This document shows positions 8,007-15,081 of a DNA stretch of 32,000 nt, piece by piece. This stretch comes from Kineococcus radiotolerans SRS30216 = ATCC BAA-149 (lineage in GTDB: Bacteria > Actinomycetota > Actinomycetes > Actinomycetales > Kineococcaceae), in contig NC_009664.2 of NCBI RefSeq assembly GCF_000017305.1, positions 210,001 to 242,000 of the forward strand, read 5' to 3'. The position numbers and the translations under genes were made by a program. Below the pieces are notes generated by a model, which was not told where the DNA came from, ran no database searches, and worked only from the letters and a program-made list of their open reading frames with translations. How positions within the stretch are numbered: the stretch's first letter is position 1; each line of letters opens with the position of its first letter.

Positions 8007-9585
8007 GGGCGTCGGCGGGCAGGCCCGCCCGCAGCACGTCGAGGAGGGCCGCCTCCGGGCGCGGGGGGCTGTAGAGGTAACCCTGGACGGTGTCGCAGCC
8101 GTAGCGGCGCAACGACTCCGCCTGCTGCGGGGTCTCCACCCCCTCCGCCACCACCGACAGGCCCAGCGCGGCGCCGATGCTCAGCACCGCCCGCACGACC
8201 GCGTCGCAGCTGGGGTCGCGGCCCAGACCGGCGACGAAGGTGAGGTCGATCTTCAGCAGGTCCACGGGCAGCTCGGTCAGGCGGGCCAGGCTGGAGTAGC
8301 CGGTGCCGAGGTCGTCGATGGCGATGCGCACCCCGAGTTCGCGCAGGCGCTGCAGGTCACCGAGCAGCGAGTGCGTGATCCTCGGCATCGTGGTCTCGGT
8401 GAGTTCCAGGACCAGGCGGTGCGCGGGCAGCCCGTGGCGCCGCAGCGCACCGAGCACGTCCTCGCTCAGGGACGCGGACTCCAGTTGGCGCCCGGAGACG
8501 TTGACGTGCACCGCCGGCGCGGCCGGGCCCAGGGCCGCGCCCCAGCTGGCGGCGAGCCGGCAGGACTCCTCCAGCACCCGCCGGCCCAGGGCCAGCATGA
8601 GGGGGCTGTCCTCGGCGACGTCGAGGAACTCGGCCGGGGAGAGCAGGCCGCGGGTGGGGTGCTGCCAGCGCACGAGGGTCTCCACCGCCACGGGGTGCCC
8701 GGTGGCGAGGTCGAGCACGGGCTGGCCGTGCACGACGAGCTCGTCGCGTTCCAGCGCGGTGCGCAGTTCGGGCAGGATCCGGGCGGCGCGGTGGCTGCGG
8801 ACCTGGTGCTCGTCGCTGCCGTCGTCGAGGTGGACGCGGTTCTTGCCCCCGCGCTTGGCCTCGTACATGGCGCGGTCGGCGCGGGCCAGGGCCTGCTCGG
8901 CGCAGGAGCGGACGTCGCGGTCGCCGCCGGACGGGGTGGGTGCGCCGGTGGGGACGACGAGGTGGGTCCCGACGCTGACCCCCACGGCGAACGTGCCCGC
9001 CCGCACGGTGACCGGCTCGCGCAGGGAGTGCAGCAGCCGTTCGGCGACGACCTGCAGGCCCTGGCGGTCGGCGAGGTCGGGGCAGACGACGGCGAACTCG
9101 TCCCCGCCCAGACGCGCCAGGGTGTCGCCCGGGCGCAGGCACCCGCCGAAGCGGGCCGCCACCTCGCGCAGCAGCTCGTCGCCCGCGGCGTGCCCGGCGG
9201 AGTCGTTGACCGCCTTGAACCCGTCCAGGTCGCAGAACAGCACCCCCACCCCCGCCCCGCTGCGCCCGGCCGCGGCCAGGGCGTGCTCGAGGCGGTCGTG
9301 CAGCAGGGTGCGGTTGGGCAACCCCGTCAGCCCGTCGTGCAGCGCCTGGTGGCGCAGCGCCAGCTCGGCGGCCTTGCGGGCGGTGACGTCCTCGATGAGG
9401 CACAGCAGCTGCGGCCCGGAACCGGCTGCGGCGGAACCGGTGACGCCGCTCATGGCGGTGGCCGAGAGCAGACCCCACCGCACCGTGCCGTCGGTGTGGC
9501 GGAAGCGCAGTTCCAGCTCGTCGTGGGTGCGTTCACCCAGCAGCAGCGGCGCGAAGGCCAGCAGGGAGTCGGCCTGGTCGTCGGG
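7978..9585 (-). CDS. C-terminal fragment of the frameshifted gene: second half of the fourth PAS domain, GGDEF and EAL
   Basis: GGDEF motifs are HDGLTGLPNRTLL, VLFCDLDGFKAVNDSAGHAAGDELL, RPGDTLARLGGDEFAVV (an RxxD I-site plus GGDEF) and MYEAKRGGKNRV. EAL motifs are GQPVLDL, VETLVRWQHP, ELTETTM, IDDLGTGYSSL, KIDLTF, AEGVETPQQ and QGYLYSPP. Only the homology-supported part is given. No convincing independent start was identified. Confidence 0.55.
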   Translation of the reverse strand, partial: PDDQADSLLAFAPLLLGERTHDELELRFRHTDGTVRWGLLSATAMSGVTGSAAAGSGPQLLCLIEDVTARKAAELALRHQALHDGLTGLPNRTLLHDRLEHALAAAGRSGAGVGVLFCDLDGFKAVNDSAGHAAGDELLREVAARFGGCLRPGDTLARLGGDEFAVVCPDLADRQGLQVVAERLLHSLREPVTVRAGTFAVGVSVGTHLVVPTGAPTPSGGDRDVRSCAEQALARADRAMYEAKRGGKNRVHLDDGSDEHQVRSHRAARILPELRTALERDELVVHGQPVLDLATGHPVAVETLVRWQHPTRGLLSPAEFLDVAEDSPLMLALGRRVLEESCRLAASWGAALGPAAPAVHVNVSGRQLESASLSEDVLGALRRHGLPAHRLVLELTETTMPRITHSLLGDLQRLRELGVRIAIDDLGTGYSSLARLTELPVDLLKIDLTFVAGLGRDPSCDAVVRAVLSIGAALGLSVVAEGVETPQQAESLRRYGCDTVQGYLYSPPRPEAALLDVLRAGLPADALSAGGAAAP

Positions 9586-11528
9586 TGGATGAGGTCGTGC
9601 ACGTCGCGGGTCAGCAGCTGCGCGGCGCTGAGGCCGGTGAAGGCGCACGAGGTGGAGTTGACCTGCAGGACGCGCGCCGCGTCGTCCTCCCCGAGCCCGA
9701 CGATCACCATCGCGACCGGCGCGGTGTCGAAGGCGAGGCGGAAGCGCTGCTCGGACTCGGCCAGGCGCTCCCGGTCGGCGCGCTGGCGGGTGACGTCCTC
9801 GACGTGGGTGACCGCGTAGCGGGCCTCGCCGTCCTCGCCGTGGATGACGGCGACGTCCAGCGCGACCCAGATCACCGCCCCGTCGGCCCGGACGTACCGC
9901 TTCTCCAGGTGCACGGTGGACGCCTCCCCGCTCAGCAGCCGGCGCACCTGCGCCTGGGAGGAGGGCAGGTCCTCGGGGTGGGTGACGTCGGCGAAGGTCT
10001 TGCCCAGCAGCTCCTCGCGCAGGTGGCCCAGCATCGTGCACGCGGTGGGGTTGACGTCGAGGAAGCGCCCCGCCTGCTCACCGCTCAGGGCGGTGAGCAG
10101 CACGCCGGTGGGGGCGTGGGTGAAGGCGAGGCTGAAGCGCCGTTCGGCCTCGCGCAGGGCGGCCTCCGCGCGCAGGCGCTCGGTGATGTCGCGCGCGGCG
10201 ATGGAGGCGCCCACGACGGCGCCGGCGGCGTCGAGCACGGGGGAGACGGTGATCGAGACGTCGACGGCGCTGCCGTCGCGGTGGCGCCCGACCTGGTCGG
10301 CGGCGGTGGTGGAGGTGACGTCCTCCCCGGCCGCGGCCCGGACCAGCCAGCCGCCGAGGCGCTGCACGTCGTCGGCGGAGGCGACGAGGTGCAGGTCCGC
10401 GCCGACCGCGTCCTCGGCCGGGTAGCCGTACAGCTGCTCGGCCGCGGCGTTCCAGGACGTGATGCGCCCGGTCAGGTCCACGGCGACGATCGCGTCGCGG
10501 GCGCCGGCGACGATGCCGGCCAGGGAGTGCAGTTCCCGTTCCATGCGGCGGCGGTCGGTGACGTCGCGGATCGCGGCGTAGACCCGGCGCTGCTCCCCGG
10601 TCCGCACGGGGGTCAGGGTCAGCTCGATGCTCAGCGCGGCGCCGTCGCGGCGGACGGCGGGGACCTCCAGGGTGCTGCTGAGCTCGCGGGTCCCGGTGCG
10701 CAGGAACCGCTCGAAACCCCCTGTGTGGGCCGCGGCCATCGCCGGCGGCACGATCGTGTCCACCAGGCTGCGCCCCACGGCCTCCTCGGCCGTCCACCCG
10801 AACAACCGTTGCGCGGCAGCGTTCCAGGACGTGATGCGCTGGTCCTCGTCGACGGCCAGGAAGGCGTCGCTGGTCGCGGCCAGCACCAGGCGCAGTTCCG
10901 CGTCGCGGGCGCTCAGCCGCTCCGCCCGGGCGGCGTGCTCGCGGGCCTGCTCGGCGTTCCGGCGCGCCTGCTGCGCGTACTCCTCGGCCAGCCGGGCCTG
11001 GCGGCGGCGCTCGAAGAGGGCCACCACGACCCGGGCCAGCCGCTCCAGCGCGCTGAGCTGGGCCGGGGTGAGCTCCCCGGGTTCGGTGTCGAACACGCAC
11101 AGGCTGCCCAGGGCGTGCCCCTGCGGGCTGATCAGCGGCGCGGAGGCGTACAGCCGCACCCGACCCAGCCGGCCGTCCACCCACGGGTTGGTGCGGTAGC
11201 GCTCGTCGAGGGCGGCGTCGGGGAGGTGCACGACCTCGCCGCCGGTGAAGTGCAGCGCGCACATCGAGTCCGCGCGGGCGGAGTCGGTGCCCTCGAAGCC
11301 GACGGTGGTGAGCTGGCACTGGCGGTGCTCGTCGATGAGGTTCAGCGTCGCGTGGGGCACCCCGGCGACCATCGCCGCGGTGTGCACGACGTCGTCCAGT
11401 TCCGCGTCCGCGGGGGCGTCCAGCACGCCGTAGGCGTGCAGCACCGCCAGCCGCTGCCGCTCGACGGACAGCCCGGGGTGTTCCTGGTCCTCGATCACGG
11501 GCGTCACGGGCTTCACCTGCGCGGTCAT
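9450..11528 (-). CDS. N-terminal fragment of the frameshifted gene: GAF, a coiled coil, three PAS domains and the first half of a fourth
   Basis: GAF reads QRLAVLHAYGVLDAPADAELD...ATLNLIDEHRQ...LYASAPLISPQGHALGSLCVFD. The PAS domains carry LAVDEDQRITSWNAAAQRLFGW, VAVDLTGRITSWNAAAEQLYGY and FLDVNPTACTMLGH...THPEDL. After the shift point this frame reads 44 non-homologous codons and stops at 9450. Confidence 0.6.
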   Translation of the reverse strand: MTAQVKPVTPVIEDQEHPGLSVERQRLAVLHAYGVLDAPADAELDDVVHTAAMVAGVPHATLNLIDEHRQCQLTTVGFEGTDSARADSMCALHFTGGEVVHLPDAALDERYRTNPWVDGRLGRVRLYASAPLISPQGHALGSLCVFDTEPGELTPAQLSALERLARVVVALFERRRQARLAEEYAQQARRNAEQAREHAARAERLSARDAELRLVLAATSDAFLAVDEDQRITSWNAAAQRLFGWTAEEAVGRSLVDTIVPPAMAAAHTGGFERFLRTGTRELSSTLEVPAVRRDGAALSIELTLTPVRTGEQRRVYAAIRDVTDRRRMERELHSLAGIVAGARDAIVAVDLTGRITSWNAAAEQLYGYPAEDAVGADLHLVASADDVQRLGGWLVRAAAGEDVTSTTAADQVGRHRDGSAVDVSITVSPVLDAAGAVVGASIAARDITERLRAEAALREAERRFSLAFTHAPTGVLLTALSGEQAGRFLDVNPTACTMLGHLREELLGKTFADVTHPEDLPSSQAQVRRLLSGEASTVHLEKRYVRADGAVIWVALDVAVIHGEDGEARYAVTHVEDVTRQRADRERLAESEQRFRLAFDTAPVAMVIVGLGEDDAARVLQVNSTSCAFTGLSAAQLLTRDVHDLIHPTTRPTPCWPSRRCCWVNAPTTSWNCASATPTARCGGVCSRPPP

Positions 11529-11618
11529 CGGCAGGTGAGCCCCGCGCCTTGAGCCCCCTCGCCCGAACCGTCCGGCGACCCGGTCACGTCCCCCGGCCGG
11601 ATCGGTCAGGATGATCCC

Positions 11619-12368
11619 GTGAGCCACAGCCCCGGAGAACAGCAGCCACCCCGCGAGGCGGCGCCGGTCACCCCGGCCGGCGAGGAGCGCCTCGAGCAGC
11701 ACCTGGCCCGCCTGGCCCTGGAGCTGCACGAGGAGGAGTCCCCCCAGGCGGTGATGGAGCGCATCGTGGCCGCCGCGGCCGCGCTGGTACCCGGCGCCCA
11801 GGACGCCACCATTACCCGGGTGCGCGGCAAGCACGTCACCTCCGCCGCCGCCACCGACGACCGTGGGCGCGGCCTGGACGCCCTGCAGGACCAGACCGGC
11901 CAGGGACCCTGCCTGAGCACCCTCTTCGAGCAGGACCTCACCCTCGTCGGGGACCTCAGCACCGACGAGCGCTGGCCGGAGCTGGCCGCGCGGGTAGGGG
12001 AAGTGGGTTTGCGCAGCATGCTGTGCCTGCGTCTCTACGTCGCCGGGGACAACCTCGGCGCCCTGGACCTGGTCTCCTCCACCCCCGGCGCCTTCGACGA
12101 GGAGTCGGCGGAGATCGGGCAGCTGTTCGTGAGCCACGCGGCGGTCGCGCTGGCCGCGACGGAGAAGATGAGCAACCTGCGGGTGGCCGTCGCCAGCCGC
12201 GACGTGATCGGGCAGGCCAAGGGCATCCTGATGGAGCGGTTCAAGATCACCGCTGACCAGGCGTTCGCCCTGCTCAGCCGCGTCAGCCAGGACACCAATC
12301 GCAAGCTGCGCGAGGTCGCCGACGAGCTGGCCACGACCGGGCACCTGCGGCGGCCGACGCAGCGCTGA
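11619..12368 (+). CDS. GAF-ANTAR RNA-binding (antitermination-type) regulator
   Basis: Track ORF 11619..12368, GTG start. The GAF-like N-terminus reads GQGPCLSTLFEQ...LRSMLCLRLYVAGDNLGALDLVS. The C-terminal ANTAR signature reads LRVAVASRDVIGQAKGILMERFKITADQAFALLSRVSQDTNRKLREVADEL. Confidence 0.85.
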   Translation: MSHSPGEQQPPREAAPVTPAGEERLEQHLARLALELHEEESPQAVMERIVAAAAALVPGAQDATITRVRGKHVTSAAATDDRGRGLDALQDQTGQGPCLSTLFEQDLTLVGDLSTDERWPELAARVGEVGLRSMLCLRLYVAGDNLGALDLVSSTPGAFDEESAEIGQLFVSHAAVALAATEKMSNLRVAVASRDVIGQAKGILMERFKITADQAFALLSRVSQDTNRKLREVADELATTGHLRRPTQR

Positions 12369-12668
12369 ACCCGGACCCTGCCCTGGGGGACGCCGAACCA
12401 CTGACCTGCCGGGTCCGTCTCGCGGCCCCGGCGGCGTGCAGCGCGGCACCCGCACGACGACCGTTTTCCCGAAATCCAGTGCACTGCAGCAGATGTGCTG
12501 GACACTGCGATGCAGGCGGGTTGGGGCGCAACGACTCCCCACCCCACCCAACCCCACCTCCGGTGGCGCGAGGGCGATCACCAGTCGTACCGTCATCCCC
12601 AGTCGGGCTCCTGCACGGCCCCGGCGACCCGAACGACCCGGTCACACCCCACCCGCAGGAGGAACCCC

Positions 12669-13235
12669 GTGAACAAGACCGAGATGGTCGACGCCCTCGA
12701 AACCCGACTCGGCGGCCGCAAGGAAGCCACCGCCGCCGTCGAAGCCGTCATCGAACTCATCCAGCTCACCGTCGCCAAGGGCGACAAGATCGCCATCAGC
12801 GGCTTCGGCACCTTCGAGAAGCAGGCCCGCAACGCCCGCACCGGCCGCAACCCCCGCACCGGCGAAGCCGTCAAGATCAAGAAGACCTCCGTACCCCGCT
12901 TCCGCCCCGGCACCGCCTTCAAGGAGATCGTCTCCGACACCAAGGCCCTGCGCGCCTACCAGGGCGAGCTGAAGGCCAAGACCACCGGCACCGCACCCAC
13001 CGCGAAGACCGCCACCAAGACCGCCACCAAGACGGCCACCGCGAAGACGGCCACCCCGGCCCGCACGGCGGCGACGAAGACCGCTCCGGCCAAGACCGCT
13101 CCGGCGCGCACCACCGCGACCAAGACCACCCCGGCCAAGACCACCCCGGCCAAGACCACCCCGGCCAAGACCACTGCGACCAAGACCACCGCAGCGAAGA
13201 AGACCACCACCCGCCGGACCGCCACGAAGGCCTGA
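12669..13235 (+). CDS. hupB: HU-family nucleoid-associated protein with a long Thr/Lys/Ala/Pro repeat C-terminal tail (actinobacterial HupB/Hlp/HupS type)
   Basis: The HU fold motifs are NKTEMVDAL, GDKIAISGFGTFEKQARNARTGRNPRTGEAVKIKKTSVPRFRPG and FKEIV. The tail reads AKTATKTATKTATAKT...TTPAKTTPAKTTPAKT...KKTTTRRTATKA. The GTG at 12669 has AGGAGG (12657-12662) 6 nt upstream. The track start at 12495 adds 58 non-HU residues and is rejected. Confidence 0.9.
   Translation: MNKTEMVDALETRLGGRKEATAAVEAVIELIQLTVAKGDKIAISGFGTFEKQARNARTGRNPRTGEAVKIKKTSVPRFRPGTAFKEIVSDTKALRAYQGELKAKTTGTAPTAKTATKTATKTATAKTATPARTAATKTAPAKTAPARTTATKTTPAKTTPAKTTPAKTTATKTTAAKKTTTRRTATKA
13128..13172 (+). repeat. Three perfect tandem copies of the 15-bp unit ACCCCGGCCAAGACC (encoding TPAKT) inside the HU tail
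   Basis: The copies were read directly at 13128-13142, 13143-13157 and 13158-13172. Degenerate copies flank them across about 12970-13232. Confidence 0.9.
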
Positions 13236-13261
13236 CCCGCGACGACCTCGTCCCGGCCGCC

Positions 13262-13296
13262 CGAGGCCCCCGCCCCTCCACAGTGCGGGGGCCTCG
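13262..13296. terminator. Bidirectional GC-rich hairpin between the convergent HU and acyltransferase genes
   Basis: cgaggcccccgc (13262-13273) pairs perfectly with gcgggggcctcg (13285-13296) as a 12-bp stem with an 11-nt loop. It lies 27 nt after the HU stop and 8 nt after the acyltransferase stop. Confidence 0.5.
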
Positions 13297-13303
13297 CACT
13301 GCC

Positions 13304-14554
13304 TCAGCGGCGCTCCCCCGGCGAGCTCGCCCGGGTGACCCAGGCGGCGTCCTTCCAGCCCAGGACCGGGTGCTCGACGAGGTTCCAGGACAGGGCGGCG
13401 ACCACGGCGGTGACGGCCAGGCTGAGCAGGACGAACGGCACGGTCGTGACGGCGGTGGCCCCGGCGGCGACCAGGACCTGCGCGATCGGCCAGTGCCACA
13501 CGTACACGCCGTAGGAGAGGTCCCAGCGCAGGTTGCACCGCAGCGGCGACCGCACCACCGCGTAGAGGACGACGTAGGCGAAGGCGGGCCCGGCCAGGGC
13601 GCGGTGGTCGGGCAGCAGGTACAGGCCGGCCACGACGAGGACGACGCTGACCAGGGCCAGGCTCCCGCGGACGGGGACGCGGTCAGCGAACAGGTGCGCG
13701 GCGGCACCGAGCAGGAAGACGAACGCGAAGCGCAGCATCAACTCCGAGCCCAGCGGGTTGAACCCGGCGGTGGCGGCGATGGTCAGCACCCACAGCCCGC
13801 CCAGCAGGGCCAGCACCACCCACCGCCGGCGACGGAGGACGCCGAGCACGCCGAGGACGGCGACGATCCCGTAGCAGGCGGCTTCGAAGAACAGCGTCCA
13901 CAACGCCCCGTTGAGCACGTCCGGGGCGCCACCGAGACCGGGCAGTCCGGCGATGCCGAACTGGCGCATCAGCAGGGCCGCGTTGGCGCTGAGGTAGCTC
14001 AGCGCGGAGTCCGGGCCGGTGAAGACCGAGGTGGCGGAGCGGCCGGTCAGGACCGCGAGCAGGGGGGCGATGACCGCGGCGGTCAGCAGCAGGCTGAGCC
14101 AGAAACCGGGCAGGATGCGCAGCGCCCGGTGCCACAGGTAGCGGCGCAACGAGTTCAGCCGCAGGTAGCTGGCTGCCACCAGGAACCCGCTGAGGACGAA
14201 GAAACCGTCCACGGCCAGGCTGCCCAGGTCGGTGGAACCGGTGCGAGGCTGGTGGCCGAAACCCAGCAGCGTGGTGTGCACCACCGCGACGGTGGCGGCC
14301 AGGACCAGGCGCAGGACGTCGAGGGAGTTGCTGCGCGGGTCGAAGGCCGTGGCCAGCGTGGACCCGGTTCTCCTCGCGGCCGCCGGGGGCGACGAGGGCG
14401 CGGCGGCGCGCGGACGGGGGAAGAGCGGACGGGAGCGGTCGCCGGTCCCCGCCGCGGGCGGGGGCTCGGGCGGGGGGCCGGGTGCGGACGCACCGGGGGG
14501 CACGCGCCGGGAGGGGTCCGCCGGTGGCGTGGGGCGGTCGGGGGCAGGGCTCAC
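13304..14554 (-). CDS. Integral-membrane acyltransferase, family 3 (O-acyltransferase type)
   Basis: Track ORF 13304..14554. The family signature reads NSLDVLRLVLAATVAVVH...DGFFVLSGFLVAASYLR...RALRILPGFW, followed by about 10 hydrophobic segments. The first roughly 85 aa are Pro-rich with no recognisable domain, so the start (GTG at 14554) is uncertain. Confidence 0.8.
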   Translation of the reverse strand: MSPAPDRPTPPADPSRRVPPGASAPGPPPEPPPAAGTGDRSRPLFPRPRAAAPSSPPAAARRTGSTLATAFDPRSNSLDVLRLVLAATVAVVHTTLLGFGHQPRTGSTDLGSLAVDGFFVLSGFLVAASYLRLNSLRRYLWHRALRILPGFWLSLLLTAAVIAPLLAVLTGRSATSVFTGPDSALSYLSANAALLMRQFGIAGLPGLGGAPDVLNGALWTLFFEAACYGIVAVLGVLGVLRRRRWVVLALLGGLWVLTIAATAGFNPLGSELMLRFAFVFLLGAAAHLFADRVPVRGSLALVSVVLVVAGLYLLPDHRALAGPAFAYVVLYAVVRSPLRCNLRWDLSYGVYVWHWPIAQVLVAAGATAVTTVPFVLLSLAVTAVVAALSWNLVEHPVLGWKDAAWVTRASSPGERR

Positions 14555-14625
14555 TCGTCGCTCACTCGCCGCTCACCCGTCGCTCGCTCGTCGTTCGGTC
14601 ATCGCTCGCTCGTCCTGGTCTCGTC
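14549..14625. repeat. Seven tandem 11-bp repeats (consensus GCTCRCTCGTC) at and upstream of the acyltransferase start
   Basis: The units read GCTCACTCGTC, GCTCACTCGCC, GCTCACCCGTC, GCTCGCTCGTC, GTTCGGTCATC, GCTCGCTCGTC and CTGGTCTCGTC. An 11-nt period is not a multiple of 3, so this is not a peptide repeat. Confidence 0.8.
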
Positions 14626-14729
14626 GTGCCGGCGCGACCGCCGCCTCCGGGCGCGGAGCCTCCTCGCGCAGGAGCGCTCGGTGGCCGTCGCCGGGGGTGG
14701 CGGTGGCAGGTGCCGATGTCTCGCGCCCG

Positions 14730-14757
14730 GACTCTACCCTTACGTGAGGGTAGAGTC
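14730..14757. promoter_or_regulatory. 28-bp near-perfect palindrome: candidate operator overlapping divergent -10-like hexamers
   Basis: The sequence is GACTCTACCCTTACGTGAGGGTAGAGTC. The 11-bp arms are exact reverse complements, and the inner TACGTG core has one mismatched pair. It is markedly AT-richer than its surroundings. TAGAGT (TANNNT-like) occurs on both strands. It lies in the 527-bp gap between the acyltransferase (minus) and the small membrane protein (plus). Confidence 0.4.
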
Positions 14758-15081
14758 GAGGACGTACCGGGACGCGCGTGCTCGATCGGCGCAACCTCGC
14801 CGGCGCGCGCCGGGATCCGGGTCATCCGACTGCCCCGCAGGCCTTCCCGCGCGGCCACGGCCGGGCCGATCGCCCGGCGGCGGGGACACCGCGGGCTCAC
14901 CGGGGGTCGCGGCGCTGCCCACCACGGAACGTGCAGAACCCCTCACCACCGGGTGACCGGCAGTGCCCGTGCCCTGCCCGATCCGCACCTCGCGGGAACC
15001 GGCCCCCGTGAACGCACCTCGTGCGGACGGGCAGCCCGCGGTTCCCTCGACCGCCCCCCTCCCCGCCGCTAGCCTGACGGC

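Larger units (their letters stand above)
7978..11528 (-). pseudogene. GAF-PAS x4-GGDEF-EAL cyclic-di-GMP signalling protein (about 1180 aa if repaired), interrupted by a one-base frameshift at about 9582-9585
   Basis: Two track ORFs, 9450..12596 and 7978..10041, lie in different frames. They join seamlessly inside one PAS domain: ...LLTRDVHDLIHP | DDQADSLLAFAPLLLGE.... The DNA (minus strand) reads ATCCACCCGACGACCAG. One extra base in the CCCG run would give I-H-P-D-D-Q. The start is taken as the ATG at 11528 (MTAQVKPVTPVIEDQ), because the track ORF upstream of it overlaps the ANTAR gene on the other strand. Confidence 0.7.

Noticed and set aside
9575-9595. Programmed -1 ribosomal frameshifting as the explanation for the split GGDEF-EAL gene.
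   Set aside because: The site (CAC CCG ACG) is not an X XXY YYZ slippery heptamer, and I see no obvious downstream pseudoknot or hairpin at the right spacing. A mutation or a sequencing error in the short C/G run is the simpler explanation. It cannot be excluded without experiments.
11529-12596. The upstream 356 codons of track ORF 9450..12596.
   Set aside because: This stretch is antisense to the well-supported GAF-ANTAR gene. The GAF domain of the large sensor begins right after the ATG at 11528.
12495-12668. The track start at 12495 for the HU gene, which adds 58 aa.
   Set aside because: The added residues are unlike any HU N-terminus. The conserved HU fold starts at the NKTEMV sequence right after the GTG at 12669, which has a canonical AGGAGG at the correct spacing.
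14730-14757. Interpreting the 28-bp palindrome specifically as a MerR/ZntR-type metal-responsive operator.
   Set aside because: The resemblance is limited to the outer ACTCT/AGAGT bases. The best-fitting -35/-10 spacer is 17 nt, not the 19-20 nt typical of MerR promoters. There is no MerR-family gene or metal transporter in the window. It is kept only as a generic operator candidate.
14626-15081. ORFs in the acyltransferase/membrane-protein gap: 14482..15072 (+), 14562..14900 (-), 14778..15011 (+) and 14740..15777 (-).
   Set aside because: Their Arg/Pro/Gly-rich translations carry no motifs. The frames overlap one another, and the region contains non-triplet repeats and a palindrome more consistent with non-coding regulatory DNA.
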